Shown: positions 1 through 10,803, numbered from the stretch's first letter. The stretch: DNA of 64,000 nucleotides from Pseudomonadota bacterium (GCA_025357635.1 JANXOV010000115.1:4471-68470), one strand, 5' to 3'. The notes: generated from the sequence alone by a model not told the origin. Program-made: numbers and translations.

Positions 1-1105
1 CATCGTAGTTGCCATCCAGATACCCATCGAAGGTGTCGTTGGGATTGGTCCGCAGTGTGCCGGTGCCGCCAAAGCCTGAGGTCATATTGGCCGCATCGAT
101 GAAGCGGATGCGTTTCCACTTCGGGTCCAGGCCTGCAACGTAGTCGCCGATTTTCAGCGTCAAGATCCACGGCCCGTACACCTGCGCCAGTCGCAGCAGC
201 GACAGCGGCACACCGACGCTTTTCATCACCGAGCGCACCCCGAAGCGCATCTCCAGCGGATAGGGATACGGCCCATAGGCGGTCGCCGACTCCTGATAGT
301 ACAAGGTGCCCTTGCGCAGCAGCGCCGCCTCGACCCGCCACTTCGGATACAAGGGCCCGCCAAAACCCTCCAGCGTGTCCGGGGCGACCGCCTGCAGAAG
401 ATCCGACCAGGGCCTGGCCGGAAGCCGCGATGCCAGCTCGGCCCGCGCCGCAGCGCGCAGCGCGGGCAATTCCTTTTGATCCGCGGCGGTCAGTTCCACC
501 GGCACCACACCCCAGGCGACGAAATGCCGGCCCAGCAGATACGGCGCGGTCTGCTGCACCATCTGGACCGTCAGTGAACTCACCTCCCCTGCGCGATACA
601 GGAACGTGGCCAGACCCTGATGGGCGTGGTTTTCCGTGTCGTTGACCCACATCAACGCAAAGGCCGCGCGCGACCAGTCGCCGTCGGATTTTTCCCGCCA
701 TACGCGGCCGACCTGCGGTATCACACGCCAGTAACTGGCAACTTTTCCGGCTGCGGATTCGCGGATCATCTCCCCGCATTGCACCGGCACGAGACGATCA
801 TCGAGCGTGAAGAACTCCAGCGCCACGCCCGGAAACAGCCGCGCATCGCGGCCCTCCTGCACCGGTTTTTCCAGCACCGGCCTGGTTTCCAGGGCGGTTT
901 GGCGAAGCCGCAGTATTCCAGTGAATTCCGGCGCAGGCAGCGCATCATCGCCGGGCGCAAACGCCGCGTTGGCAACCGGTGCATCGCGATGCGCCGCAAG
1001 CGTGGCCGCCGGGAGCTGCTGCGAGGCGGGTCCCGCCTGGCCCAACAGGGGCATGAGCAGCAGTGCCAACGGCGCGCCCCATGAACGACAGTTCGACAGC
1101 CTCAT
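1..1105 (-). CDS. Secreted protein of unknown function; the 3' end runs off the window
   Basis: It is not in the ORF track because it has no stop inside the window. My minus-strand translation from the ATG at 1103-1105 gives MRLSNCRSWGAPLALLLMPLLGQAGPASQQ... (signal-peptide-like). The frame stays open to position 1 (...FGVRSVMKSVGVPLSLL...TLRTNPNDTFDGYLDGNYD). An S-V-M-K (SxxK-like) motif hints at a serine hydrolase, but I cannot assign a family. Confidence 0.5.
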   Translation of the reverse strand, partial: MRLSNCRSWGAPLALLLMPLLGQAGPASQQLPAATLAAHRDAPVANAAFAPGDDALPAPEFTGILRLRQTALETRPVLEKPVQEGRDARLFPGVALEFFTLDDRLVPVQCGEMIRESAAGKVASYWRVIPQVGRVWREKSDGDWSRAAFALMWVNDTENHAHQGLATFLYRAGEVSSLTVQMVQQTAPYLLGRHFVAWGVVPVELTAADQKELPALRAAARAELASRLPARPWSDLLQAVAPDTLEGFGGPLYPKWRVEAALLRKGTLYYQESATAYGPYPYPLEMRFGVRSVMKSVGVPLSLLRLAQVYGPWILTLKIGDYVAGLDPKWKRIRFIDAANMTSGFGGTGTLRTNPNDTFDGYLDGNYD

Positions 1106-1165
1106 CACGCGTTACTCCCTGCCACTACTATCGCGAGCGATATCCGCCGGCCCAAACAATAGCGT

Positions 1166-2503
1166 ATGTTGCCCATCATGATCGAGTACGACGAGGCGCC
1201 GCTGCGTAGATTTCATCTGCGTCTGGCCATCGCCAGCCTTGGTGGGGTGTTTGCCGACGGTTTCGGGCTGGGCATCATCGGCATTGCACTGACGCTGGCG
1301 GCGCCGCAGCTGCAGCTCAGCCCGGTGTGGCTGGGACTGCTGGGCGGCGCCTCATTGGCGGGTTTGTTTGCCGGCGCATTGCTGACAGGCCGGATCGCCG
1401 ATCGGTTCGGACGGCGGCCGGTGTTCGCCTACAACATGGTCATCGCCACCGCGCTGTCGCTGCTGCAGTACGCCGCCAGCACGGGACTTGAACTGCTGCT
1501 GTTACGCCTGGCCATCGGCTTCGTTCTCGGCACCGACTACGTGGTCAGCAAAGCCTTGTTGACGGAGTTTGCACCGCGGCGTTTTCGCGGTCGGATTCTC
1601 GGGCTGCTGTCGGTTGCCTGGGCCGGCGGTTACGCCTGCGCCTATGCGGTGGGTTTCGCACTGACGTCGTTGGGACCGGATGCGTGGCGGTGGATGCTGC
1701 TGGCAAGCGCCGTGCCGTGCATCGTCGTGGCTCCGTTGAGAATCACGATGCCTGAGTCGCCACTCTGGCTCACCAGTCGCGCTTTGTATGCGCGCGCGGC
1801 GCAGGTCGTAACCGACACGGTGGGCAGCGACATCCAGCCGCCGCTGCGCATGCAGGGTCCCACGATCAGCACCGGCCGCTGGAGCCAACTGGCCTCGCCG
1901 CAATGGCGGCTGCGCACCGTGGTCGGCTGCACCTTCTTCACCTGCCAGGTCATCCCCTATTTCGCGGTGGGCACCTTCGTGGCGCAGATCATGTCGGCGC
2001 TGAACCTCAAGAGCGGCTACGCGGGCGGGCTCATTTACAATGCCGCCTTGCTATTGGGCGCCGGCGCCGGCGTGATCGTGGTGGATCGGCTGTCGCGGCG
2101 CAGTTTCCTGATCGGCAGTTTCACCGCTGCCGCGATCGCAATGCTGATCCTGAGCGCGTGGACCTCGATTCCTGCCGCACCCATGATCTTGCTTTTCGCA
2201 GTGTTCGCCGGCGTGCTCTCGGCTGCATCGAACCTTTGTTATGTATACCTGCCCGAACTCTTTCCGACCGACTTGCGCGCTTCGGGCATCGGGCTGGCCA
2301 TCGCAGCCAGCCGCATCGGGTCTGCGATCGCCACGTTTCTACTGCCCGTCGTCGTCGCCCGCTTCGGGGTTCGTGTTGCGCTCGCGGCCTGCGTGGCCGT
2401 ATTGGCGATCGGCGCCCTGGTCTGTCATCGCTGGGCTCCTGAGACCAAAGACCTGGGGCTCGAGGCGCTGGATCGGCGCACGCCGCCGCAGTCGACAAGC
2501 TGA
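1166..2503 (+). CDS. MFS transporter (sugar-porter-like)
   Basis: 445-aa ORF with about 12 hydrophobic segments and the MFS loop motif GRIADRFGRRP between TM2 and TM3. Confidence 0.8.
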   Translation: MLPIMIEYDEAPLRRFHLRLAIASLGGVFADGFGLGIIGIALTLAAPQLQLSPVWLGLLGGASLAGLFAGALLTGRIADRFGRRPVFAYNMVIATALSLLQYAASTGLELLLLRLAIGFVLGTDYVVSKALLTEFAPRRFRGRILGLLSVAWAGGYACAYAVGFALTSLGPDAWRWMLLASAVPCIVVAPLRITMPESPLWLTSRALYARAAQVVTDTVGSDIQPPLRMQGPTISTGRWSQLASPQWRLRTVVGCTFFTCQVIPYFAVGTFVAQIMSALNLKSGYAGGLIYNAALLLGAGAGVIVVDRLSRRSFLIGSFTAAAIAMLILSAWTSIPAAPMILLFAVFAGVLSAASNLCYVYLPELFPTDLRASGIGLAIAASRIGSAIATFLLPVVVARFGVRVALAACVAVLAIGALVCHRWAPETKDLGLEALDRRTPPQSTS

Positions 2504-2526
2504 TCCGGTTTCCGACGGCGCAGCGT

Positions 2527-3492
2527 TTAGATGTCGAAATATAGCACGTCAGGCTCACTCAGGCTCTCACGCGAGGCCACCCGCAGTTCCGGGTCTTTCA
2601 TCGACACACGAGACCGCGCCGGCACGCTGTGGGTGAGAAAAACGGAGCCGCCGATCACGCTGCCCGACCCGACGATCGTTTGACCGCCGAGCACCGTGGC
2701 ATTTGCATACAGTGTGGATCCGGCTTCAACGGTCGGATGACGCTTGCGCCCGCGCACCAGCTGGCCGGCGGCATCGCGTTGAAATGACAGCGCACCCAGC
2801 GTCACGCCCTGGTACAGCTTGACGCCGGCGCCGATGTCGGTGGTTTCGCCGATGACCACGCCGGTGGCGTGGTCGATGAAAAACGCCGGCCCGATCTTGG
2901 CGCCGGGATGGATGTCGCAGCCGGTGCGGCCGTGAGCCCACTCGGTCATGATGCGCGCCATCAGCGGCACACCCAATTCGTACAGCACATGGGCGATGCG
3001 ATAGACGCTGACAGCCAGCAATCCGGGATACGCCAGAATGATCTCATCCAGATGCGTCGCCGCCGGGTCGCCGTCGAACGCTGCCTGCGCATCCCCGACC
3101 AGCAGAGCGCGGACCGCGGGCAGGCGGCGCATGAAGTCCTGCGTGAGATCGTGCGCACGCGGCGCGCACGGGCCCACCTCGGCGTTCACATCGTCGCGTT
3201 CGCGCCCGTAGCACAGGCAGTGCTCGATCTCGCGCTCGATTTTCGGCTCCAGCCGGCTCAGCAGATCCTCGACGTATCCGCCCAGGTTCTTCTCGTTCAG
3301 ATCGCGGCGGCCAAAATAGCCGGGATACATGAGATCGAGCAGCAGTTCCAGGATTTCGACGATGGCCTCGCGCGAGGGCAGATAGCGGCGCGAAATACGT
3401 CGCGCGCGCACATCGCCCACGTAGCTGCTGAGCAGCTCTTGAGCCAGACGCTCGCGCAGCGTCGGCAAGGGCGGTTTTGGAAGCGTACTCAT
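2527..3492 (-). CDS. cysE: Serine O-acetyltransferase
   Basis: Hexapeptide-repeat region GAKIGPAFFIDHATGVVIGETTDIGAGVKLYQGVTLG. I moved the start to the ATG at 3492 (MSTLPKPPLPTLRERL), 14 nt after the cysK stop. The longer track ORF would overlap cysK. Confidence 0.85.
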   Translation of the reverse strand: MSTLPKPPLPTLRERLAQELLSSYVGDVRARRISRRYLPSREAIVEILELLLDLMYPGYFGRRDLNEKNLGGYVEDLLSRLEPKIEREIEHCLCYGRERDDVNAEVGPCAPRAHDLTQDFMRRLPAVRALLVGDAQAAFDGDPAATHLDEIILAYPGLLAVSVYRIAHVLYELGVPLMARIMTEWAHGRTGCDIHPGAKIGPAFFIDHATGVVIGETTDIGAGVKLYQGVTLGALSFQRDAAGQLVRGRKRHPTVEAGSTLYANATVLGGQTIVGSGSVIGGSVFLTHSVPARSRVSMKDPELRVASRESLSEPDVLYFDI

Positions 3493-3505
3493 GAGCACAT
3501 CCGCC

Positions 3506-4489
3506 TCAGGCGACCGCCTGCATTTTTTCCACTTCTTCGAACAGGCCTTCGAACAGCGCCCCGGACAGATAGCGTTCGCCGGCGTCCGGCAGAACGACCA
3601 CGATGGTCTTGCCGGCACTGGCAGGTTCATTGGCAATACGCAATGCCACTGCCATGGCCGCACCACAGGAAATACCGCACAGGATGCCCTCCTCGCGCGC
3701 CAATCGCCGCGCGGTTGCGATCGCGTCCTCGTTGGTCACCTGCTCGACACGGTCCACCAGCGACAGATCCAGGTTCTTGGGCACGAAGCCTGCGCCGATG
3801 CCTTGAATCTTATGCGGCGTCGGCGCCAGCGGCTGACCCGCGAGCGTCTGCGTGATGATGGGCGAGTTGGTCGGCTCCACGGCAACCGTGAGAATCGCCT
3901 TGCCGCGGGTGTTCTTCAGGTAACGCGACACGCCGGTCAACGTACCGCCGGTGCCGACGCCGGCGACAAAAATATCGACCTTGCCGGCGGTGTCGTCCCA
4001 GATTTCAGGGCCCGTGGTCTTTTCGTGAATTGCCGGGTTGGCGGGATTCTCGAACTGTCTCATCAGAACGTATTTCTTCGGGTCCGATGCGGCCAGTTCC
4101 TCGGCCTTGGCGATCGCGCCCTTCATGCCCTTGGCGCCGGGCGTGAGAATGAGCTTGGCGCCGAATGCCGCCAGCACCTTGCGCCGCTCCATGGTCATGG
4201 TGTCGGGCATGGTCAACACGCACTCGTAGCCGCGGGCGGCGGCCGCAAACGCCAGGGCAATGCCGGTGTTTCCGCTGGTGGCCTCGACAATGGACATGCC
4301 GGGTTTGAGAACCCCGCGCTCTTCAGCGTCCCACACCATCGCGGCGCCGATGCGGCATTTGACCGAATAGGCCGGATTGCGGCCCTCAATTTTCGCCAGA
4401 ATGGTGGCGTGCGAGCCGGCATTGAGCCGATTGATCCGGATCAGCGGCGTGTGGCCGATGGACCGTGAGTTGTCTTCGTAAATCGCCAT
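3506..4489 (-). CDS. cysK: Cysteine synthase A (O-acetylserine sulfhydrylase)
   Basis: 327 aa. The N-terminus [22 protein letters not shown] and the motif [19 protein letters not shown] are typical of CysK. It sits directly upstream of cysE. Confidence 0.9.
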   Translation of the reverse strand: MAIYEDNSRSIGHTPLIRINRLNAGSHATILAKIEGRNPAYSVKCRIGAAMVWDAEERGVLKPGMSIVEATSGNTGIALAFAAAARGYECVLTMPDTMTMERRKVLAAFGAKLILTPGAKGMKGAIAKAEELAASDPKKYVLMRQFENPANPAIHEKTTGPEIWDDTAGKVDIFVAGVGTGGTLTGVSRYLKNTRGKAILTVAVEPTNSPIITQTLAGQPLAPTPHKIQGIGAGFVPKNLDLSLVDRVEQVTNEDAIATARRLAREEGILCGISCGAAMAVALRIANEPASAGKTIVVVLPDAGERYLSGALFEGLFEEVEKMQAVA

Positions 4490-4613
4490 GGGACACCTTC
4501 AGTCGAACAGACCAGAATGAGATGGACGGATTTTCCTCCTAAGCGCGGGGTTTGCGCCATAGGAACTTGGTTATATGGGTCTGCCGCCGCGTTATAAGGG
4601 CAAGGCAGGCCCT

Positions 4614-6911
4614 CTACAGAACGGGCGTCATGAGCAGCGGCTGGGGCCGCCCGATGAAGAATCCTTGAGCAAAATCAACGCCCATGCGCTTGACGGTGTC
4701 CAGGGAGAGCTGATCCTCGACATGTTCGGCGACCACGCGGAAGTTCATGCTGCGGGACAGCTCGATCATGGCCGACACCATGGCCTGGCTGACGGCATCC
4801 TGGGCCAGGTTGCGGATGAAGGAGCCGTCGATTTTCAAGTAGTCCATGGGCAGCATTTTCAGGTTTGAGAACGAACCCAGACCGCTGCCGAAGTCATCCA
4901 GCGCGAATTCCGTGCCCATGCCGTGCAGCACTTCGACGAAGCGGCGCGCATGCTCCACATTGGCCACCACCGCGCTCTCGGTCAGTTCGAAACACACCTC
5001 GCGCGGCGAGGCGCCGGTGTGATCGAAGCAATCCACGACGAACTCGAGGAATTGAGAATCGCCGAGCGTCTGGCCGGCGATATTGATGGCGACGCTGCGC
5101 CCTTCGGGAAGCTTCAGTCCCCCACGGCCCAGGGCGGACAACACGGTTTGCACCACCCAACGGTCGATATGCGGCATCAGCCGGTAGCGCTCGGCGGCCT
5201 TGAAGAACTCGGCTGGTGCGATGGTGGTGCCGTCGTCCTCGTCGAGCCGCAGAAATACTTCGATGCCCGGCCCGTTGACGACATCGCTCTGGGCGTGGGC
5301 GATGGGTTGAAAGTACAGCTCGAACTTGTTGTCGCGCAGCGCGCCTTGTAACTTCTGCAGCCAATGGATTTCGCCGCTCTGGCGGGCGTTGGCTTCTTCG
5401 CGCGCGGAATACACGTGGATATGCGAGCCGCCGCGTTTCTTGGCGATGTAGCAGGCCGAATCCGCCGAACTGAGAATGTCCTCGATCGAACCGCCTTCGC
5501 GGCCGAGTTCGACCAGGCCGATGCTCACGCCGACGTTGAAGATCTTGTCCTTCCACACGAAGCGGTAGTCATTCACGGTGCGCACGACGTTGTCCGCAAT
5601 CTGCCGCGCCTTGTCCAGCGGACAGCCCACCAGCAGCAGCGCGAACTCATCCCCGCCGATCCGCCCCACCGTGTCCGAATCGCGCACTGCGTCTTTGATA
5701 AGACTGGCCACCTCGCGCAGCATGTTATCCCCCGCGGTGTGCCCGCAGGTGTCGTTCACCACCTTGAAGCGGTCGAGGTCCAGATAGCACAGCGCATGCG
5801 ACGCATCACCGGCGTGCGCCAGATCCATGGCCTCCTGCAGGCGGCGCTCGAACTCACGCCGGTTGATGAGGCCGGTCAGCGCATCGTGACTGGCCTGATA
5901 GGACATCTGCCGCGCCAGGCCGCGCACTTCACTGTTGTCGTGCAGAACGAGAACCACGCCGAGGATTTCCTTGTTGTCCGAGGTCAATGGCGAGACGCTG
6001 ATTTCAACCGAGCGCTCGCCTCCTGCCTGCACGGGCACCAGCACGGCGCGCCGCCCCATGGTGATGCGCGCACCGGTCGTCAGGCATTTGCGCACCGGAT
6101 CCCCTAGCGAGCGGCGATCCGCCTCGTCGATCAGCGAGGCCACTTCATTGAAGACGCGCCCGACCAGCTGATCGAATTTCTGACCCAGCAGCACTTCGGC
6201 GGCATGATTCACGTAGTCGATGCGGCCATCGGTGTCTACCGTGACCACGCCTTCTCCCATCGCGTCGAGGGTGGCGACCGCGCGCGGACGTGCGCCGGCG
6301 GCGGACGCGGCGGGGAGCATTTCAACGGCCGTGAGCAACAAGGCGGGTTCACCGGCGCTGTCGATCAGCGCACTGGACAGTTCCACGCGCGTGATCTCAC
6401 CGTGCTCGGCGAGAAGTTCGATTTCGTAGCGCTCGGCCGCGGGTTCATTCTGCAGGCGCCGGTCAAGATTGGTGCGCACCAGGTCGGCGTATTCGGCGGT
6501 GACGAAATCCGAGAGCCGCTTGCCGATGAGGTCCTTGGCATTCATGCCGAGCAGGGACAGGAAACGCGAATTGGCGAACAGAATGACTTCACGATGCACG
6601 AGCACCGCTTCGTGCACCGATTCGACGAGACGTTGGAACAATTGTTCGCGCTCTTGCAGTCGGATGCCGCGATGCTCGAGGCTCTCAAGCAGTTTGTTGA
6701 CCGCAAGACCCAGATCGCTGATCGCATCGCGGCGTCCGTCCAGACGGATCCGTCCGGCAGAGTCCGGGTCGCGCGTCAACCGCCAGACCTGTTTGGACAG
6801 GTCGTCCACCGCCCGGTCCTGACGTTGCTTCCAAAGAAATAGACCGAGCAAACCCAATGCCAATACACTTGAGGTAGCGGCACACCACTGAATGGAAGAC
6901 TGGAGCAACAT
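4614..6911 (-). CDS. Membrane-anchored PAS/GGDEF/EAL signalling protein (c-di-GMP turnover)
   Basis: 765 aa. It has an N-terminal TM segment, PAS-like regions, an intact GGDEF motif (RIGGDEFALLL), and a C-terminal EAL-type domain (QPIA...EVFLR...FELTES...DDFGSG). Confidence 0.85.
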   Translation of the reverse strand: MLLQSSIQWCAATSSVLALGLLGLFLWKQRQDRAVDDLSKQVWRLTRDPDSAGRIRLDGRRDAISDLGLAVNKLLESLEHRGIRLQEREQLFQRLVESVHEAVLVHREVILFANSRFLSLLGMNAKDLIGKRLSDFVTAEYADLVRTNLDRRLQNEPAAERYEIELLAEHGEITRVELSSALIDSAGEPALLLTAVEMLPAASAAGARPRAVATLDAMGEGVVTVDTDGRIDYVNHAAEVLLGQKFDQLVGRVFNEVASLIDEADRRSLGDPVRKCLTTGARITMGRRAVLVPVQAGGERSVEISVSPLTSDNKEILGVVLVLHDNSEVRGLARQMSYQASHDALTGLINRREFERRLQEAMDLAHAGDASHALCYLDLDRFKVVNDTCGHTAGDNMLREVASLIKDAVRDSDTVGRIGGDEFALLLVGCPLDKARQIADNVVRTVNDYRFVWKDKIFNVGVSIGLVELGREGGSIEDILSSADSACYIAKKRGGSHIHVYSAREEANARQSGEIHWLQKLQGALRDNKFELYFQPIAHAQSDVVNGPGIEVFLRLDEDDGTTIAPAEFFKAAERYRLMPHIDRWVVQTVLSALGRGGLKLPEGRSVAINIAGQTLGDSQFLEFVVDCFDHTGASPREVCFELTESAVVANVEHARRFVEVLHGMGTEFALDDFGSGLGSFSNLKMLPMDYLKIDGSFIRNLAQDAVSQAMVSAMIELSRSMNFRVVAEHVEDQLSLDTVKRMGVDFAQGFFIGRPQPLLMTPVL

Positions 6912-6971
6912 GGAGACTCAGAGAATAGCGCAAGGACATGGCGTCCCCCGCCAATATTCACCATAATCAAG

Positions 6972-7628
6972 ATGTTTATGAATACCACTGCAGCCCGACA
7001 ACAAATGGTGGATCAGCAGGTCCGCACCTGGGAAGTCCTCGATTCGAGCGTGCTCCAAGTACTGGCGAGCGTGCCGCGCGAACTGTTCGTGCCGCCCGCC
7101 TACCGCGAGCTGGCATTCGCCGATGCCGGCATCCCGATCGGCCACGCTCAATCCATGCTGGCGCCGAAACTGCACGGCCGGATCCTGCAGATCCTGAACG
7201 TCGGCCAGGACGACAGGGTGCTGGAAATCGGCACCGGAACCGGCTATCTGACCGCATGCCTGAGTCTGCTGGGCGCACAGGTCACCTCGATCGAAATTCA
7301 TGCCGCCTTGAGTACAACCGCCGCCATCAATCTGCGCTCAATTGCCGGCGCGCGGGCGCAATTGCAGGTCCGCGATGCGTTTGGCCCCGAACCCTTGGGG
7401 GAATACGATGCCATCGCCGTCACCGGATCCATGCCGGTTGATGACCGCTGCTTCGAAAAGGCGTTGCGGGTCGGCGGCCGGCTGTTCGAGGTCGTCGGCA
7501 CCGCGCCGCTGATGGAAGCACGCGTGGTGCGGCGGGTCGAGGCCGATCAATGGATTCGTGAAAGCGTGTTCGAAACCCTCATCGATCCGCTGATCAACGC
7601 GCCGCAGGCGCCGCGGTTCGTGTTTTGA
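6972..7628 (+). CDS. pcm: Protein-L-isoaspartate O-methyltransferase family protein
   Basis: 218 aa with the SAM-binding motif VLEIGTGTGYLTA. The pcm-like / rhodanese / tolC order is a common gammaproteobacterial arrangement. Confidence 0.75.
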   Translation: MFMNTTAARQQMVDQQVRTWEVLDSSVLQVLASVPRELFVPPAYRELAFADAGIPIGHAQSMLAPKLHGRILQILNVGQDDRVLEIGTGTGYLTACLSLLGAQVTSIEIHAALSTTAAINLRSIAGARAQLQVRDAFGPEPLGEYDAIAVTGSMPVDDRCFEKALRVGGRLFEVVGTAPLMEARVVRRVEADQWIRESVFETLIDPLINAPQAPRFVF

Positions 7629-7639
7629 GCGTCGGTGCG

Positions 7640-7951
7640 ATGACGCCCGGGCAATTCATGGCGCGGCTTGCTGAACCCAAGCCCGTGGTGCTGGTCGACG
7701 TGCGCGAAGAGTGGGAACTGAAGGTCGCCGCGGTACCGGTTCAGACCGTGCATATTCCGCTTGGCCAGCTGGCCGAGCGGCTGCGCGAATTGAACCCCGT
7801 TACCGACACCGTCATCATCTGCCGATCCGGCGGGCGCAGCCTGCAGGCGGCGAATTTTCTGGCGAAGCAGGGATTTGCTTCGGTACATAACCTCAGCGGC
7901 GGCATTCTGGCTTGGTCGCAGGAACTCGATCCAACCATTCCTGCCTATTGA
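7640..7951 (+). CDS. Rhodanese-like single-domain sulfurtransferase
   Basis: Active-site loop ICRSGGRS. I chose the start at ATG 7640; the track start at 7625 is a TTG overlapping the pcm stop. Confidence 0.75.
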   Translation: MTPGQFMARLAEPKPVVLVDVREEWELKVAAVPVQTVHIPLGQLAERLRELNPVTDTVIICRSGGRSLQAANFLAKQGFASVHNLSGGILAWSQELDPTIPAY

Positions 7952-8036
7952 GCAGCAATCCATCGAAGTGATATAGTCATATACAACACTATATGACCCG
8001 TCGGTGACGACGGGTCGGACGTTGTCGGGTGATTCT

Positions 8037-9503
8037 ATGAACAAGTTTGTGCTTCTGGTCGGCGTCGGTACCTTGGCATGCGCGACTGCGGCGGGCGCGG
8101 CGGATCTGGTCGAGGTGTATCAGCGGGCGTTGCAGAATGACCCGCAATTGCGCGAAGCCGAGGCCACGCGTCTGGCCACATTGGAGGCCAAGCCGCAGGC
8201 GCTGTCTGCCTTGTTGCCGCAGCTGTCAGCCAATGGGAGTTACTCGCGCCAAAGGGACAGCGGCATTCAGGAGCAGACGCAGATCATTGCGCAGCAGTCC
8301 CAACCCATTATTTTCAGCAACAACGGGACCTCAAAAACCACTGGCCACCGGTACAGCGTGGATCTGCGACAAAGCGTATTCAGCTGGACCAATTGGGTCG
8401 CACTGAAACGCGCCGATGCGCAGGTGGCGCAGGCCGAAGCCGACTATCAAAGCGCGCGGCAAGACCTGGTTTCGCGAGTGGCGCAGCGCTACTTCGACGT
8501 GCTGGCGGCGCAGGATGATCTGGATGCGCAGCAAGCGGCGGCGAACTCCATCAAGCATCAGCTGGAACAATCCGAACAGCGATTCAACGTCGGCCTGATC
8601 GCCATCACCGACGTGCAGGAAGCGCGGGCGGCGCACGACAGCGCGGTCGCCGCGGTGATCGCGTCCAAGCGCCAGCTGGCCTCCGCTCAAGAGGCGCTGC
8701 GCGAAATCACCGGGGACTCCTTCGATTCCCTGGCGCGCCCGGTGGAAGCGATGGAACTGGCAACGCCGAACCCGGCCAGCGAAGAGCAATGGGTTCAAAA
8801 GGCACTGGAACAGAACCTGAACCTGATATCGAGCCGCCTGGCCACCGACATTGCGAGGCAGAGCATCAGCAGCGCGCGCGGCGGCTATGGCCCTTCGCTG
8901 GATTTGATCGGAAGCGCCGGCAAAACTGTCAGCGATGGCGACATCAACTACACGGACGGCGGAATCGGCACTTCGACGCTCGATCAAGACCTTCGATCCA
9001 TCGGCCTGCAGCTCACGTTCCCGATTTATTCCGGCGGCGCCACCACCTCGCGCGTGCGTGAAGCCGTGTACCGGCATCGCGCTGCCAAAGAGCGCCTGGA
9101 GCGCGTGGCGCGTCAGACCGAGCGCGATACACGCGATGCGTATCTGGGTGTGCTATCGGAGATTTCACGCGTCAAGGCGTTGAAGCAAGCGCTGGAGTCC
9201 AACCTCACTGCGCTGAAGGCGTCGGAGGCGGGGTATGAAGCCGGCACCCGCACAGCGGTGGACGTACTGAACTCGCGCCGTCTGCTGATTCTTGCGCAGA
9301 CCAACTATTCCCGCAGCCGCTACGACTACATTCTGAATGTACTGAAGCTGCAATCCGAAGCCGGCACGCTGACGCGGCAGAGTCTGGACGGCATCAATGC
9401 GCTGCTGAAGGAAACTGCGCCCAAGATCACCGATCCGGCCTCGACGCCCGGTCTCGCCCCGGCGCCGGCTCAACCGGCTGCCTCGGATAATCCGGGAGTC
9501 TAA
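8037..9503 (+). CDS. tolC: TolC-family outer membrane channel
   Basis: Signal peptide MNKFVLLVGVGTLACATAAGAADLVEVYQRALQNDPQL followed by two tandem repeat halves, typical of TolC/OMF proteins. Start set to ATG 8037. Confidence 0.85.
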   Translation: MNKFVLLVGVGTLACATAAGAADLVEVYQRALQNDPQLREAEATRLATLEAKPQALSALLPQLSANGSYSRQRDSGIQEQTQIIAQQSQPIIFSNNGTSKTTGHRYSVDLRQSVFSWTNWVALKRADAQVAQAEADYQSARQDLVSRVAQRYFDVLAAQDDLDAQQAAANSIKHQLEQSEQRFNVGLIAITDVQEARAAHDSAVAAVIASKRQLASAQEALREITGDSFDSLARPVEAMELATPNPASEEQWVQKALEQNLNLISSRLATDIARQSISSARGGYGPSLDLIGSAGKTVSDGDINYTDGGIGTSTLDQDLRSIGLQLTFPIYSGGATTSRVREAVYRHRAAKERLERVARQTERDTRDAYLGVLSEISRVKALKQALESNLTALKASEAGYEAGTRTAVDVLNSRRLLILAQTNYSRSRYDYILNVLKLQSEAGTLTRQSLDGINALLKETAPKITDPASTPGLAPAPAQPAASDNPGV

Positions 9504-10795
9504 GAGCCGGCCTCGTGGCTGCCCGAGGCGCGCTCCAGCGCCGCCTCGATCATTGCGCCAATGCGCTGCAAGGCGCCTCGATTGGCGGCGACCACGCCGC
9601 GCGCAATGGCGCCGACCCGCGCGCCTTCGCCAGGCTCCAGCAGCCACGCACCGATGGCTGCGGCCAGTTGCTGCGCGTTGGCAACGCGCACTGCTGCGTG
9701 GCTGTCGAACATCAGAGCCGCCACTTCCGCGCTGTTGGCGTTGAAAGGCCCGCTGGCAAACGGCACGCCGAGCGCGGCCGGCTCGAGCAGGTTATGGCCG
9801 CCGATGGGCACCAGACTTCCGCCCACGAACGCAGCACCCGCCGCGGCATAGAACGTGAGCAGTTCACCGACGGTGTCGAGCAGCAGCACCTCGGTGTCCG
9901 CCTGCGTCTGGGTGCGCTCGCTGCGCCGGATGAAGCGCACCGCACGGCGCGACAACAAAGCAGCAACCGCATCGAACCGATTGGGATGGCGCGGCGCCAG
10001 CACCAGCAGCGCATCGGGCACTGATGCGCGCACCAGCGCATGCGCGTCAAGCATCAACTCCTCTTCTCCGGCGTGGGTGCTGCCCGCGGTCCAGACGGTG
10101 CGGCCATGCAGGTACTGCGCGCGCAATGCCGAACCGGCGGCGCGAATTCCAGAGTCGATGGAGATGTCGAATTTGAGGTTGCCGCTCACGTGCACGTTCG
10201 CAGCCGCGGCGCCAAGAAAGATGAATCGCCGCGCATCTTCGGCCGTTTGCGCAGCGACGATCACCTCATCGCGCAGCATCGGCCGGGTGAGCGCCCGCAG
10301 GCGCCGATAGCGCGGCCAGGATCGCTCCGAGATGCGTGCATTGGCGATGATCCGCGGCACGGCGCGCCGCGAACACTCGCGGTACATGTTGGGCCACAGC
10401 TCAGTCTCCATGAAAATGGCGATGCGGGGCTGCACGTTGGCAACGAATCGACGCACGGCGCCCGGCAGATCGTAGGGACCAAAACGCACATCGACCTGCT
10501 TGTCGGGGAACAACTCGCGCGCGCGCCGGGCGCCAGTCGGCGTGGCCGTGGTCAGAACCACCGGCCGGTGCGGATGGGCCGCGCGCAGCAAGCGGATGAG
10601 CGAGGTTGCAGCCGTGACTTCGCCCATCGACACCGCGTGCACCCAGATGCATCCGGGCGCGCCGAGTGCCGGGCCGAAGCCAAAACGCTCGCCCCAGCCC
10701 TGCCGATAGGCCGGATCGCGCAGCGATCGCCACAGCACATTCGCAAATGCAACGGGTGCGGCCAGGTAAGCGAGCAGCGTGTACAGAATGCGCAT
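9500..10795 (-). CDS. waaA: 3-deoxy-D-manno-octulosonic acid (Kdo) transferase
   Basis: MRILYTLLAYLAAPVAF...IWVHAVSMGEV is characteristic of WaaA/KdtA. Start moved to ATG 10795; the longer track ORF is Arg-rich and overlaps kdkA. Confidence 0.85.
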   Translation of the reverse strand: MRILYTLLAYLAAPVAFANVLWRSLRDPAYRQGWGERFGFGPALGAPGCIWVHAVSMGEVTAATSLIRLLRAAHPHRPVVLTTATPTGARRARELFPDKQVDVRFGPYDLPGAVRRFVANVQPRIAIFMETELWPNMYRECSRRAVPRIIANARISERSWPRYRRLRALTRPMLRDEVIVAAQTAEDARRFIFLGAAAANVHVSGNLKFDISIDSGIRAAGSALRAQYLHGRTVWTAGSTHAGEEELMLDAHALVRASVPDALLVLAPRHPNRFDAVAALLSRRAVRFIRRSERTQTQADTEVLLLDTVGELLTFYAAAGAAFVGGSLVPIGGHNLLEPAALGVPFASGPFNANSAEVAALMFDSHAAVRVANAQQLAAAIGAWLLEPGEGARVGAIARGVVAANRGALQRIGAMIEAALERASGSHEAGS

Positions 10796-10803
10796 GGCCG
10801 GTC

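Noticed and set aside
2869-4468. Plus-strand ORFs 2869..3855 and 3491..4468
   Set aside because: They are antisense to cysE and cysK.
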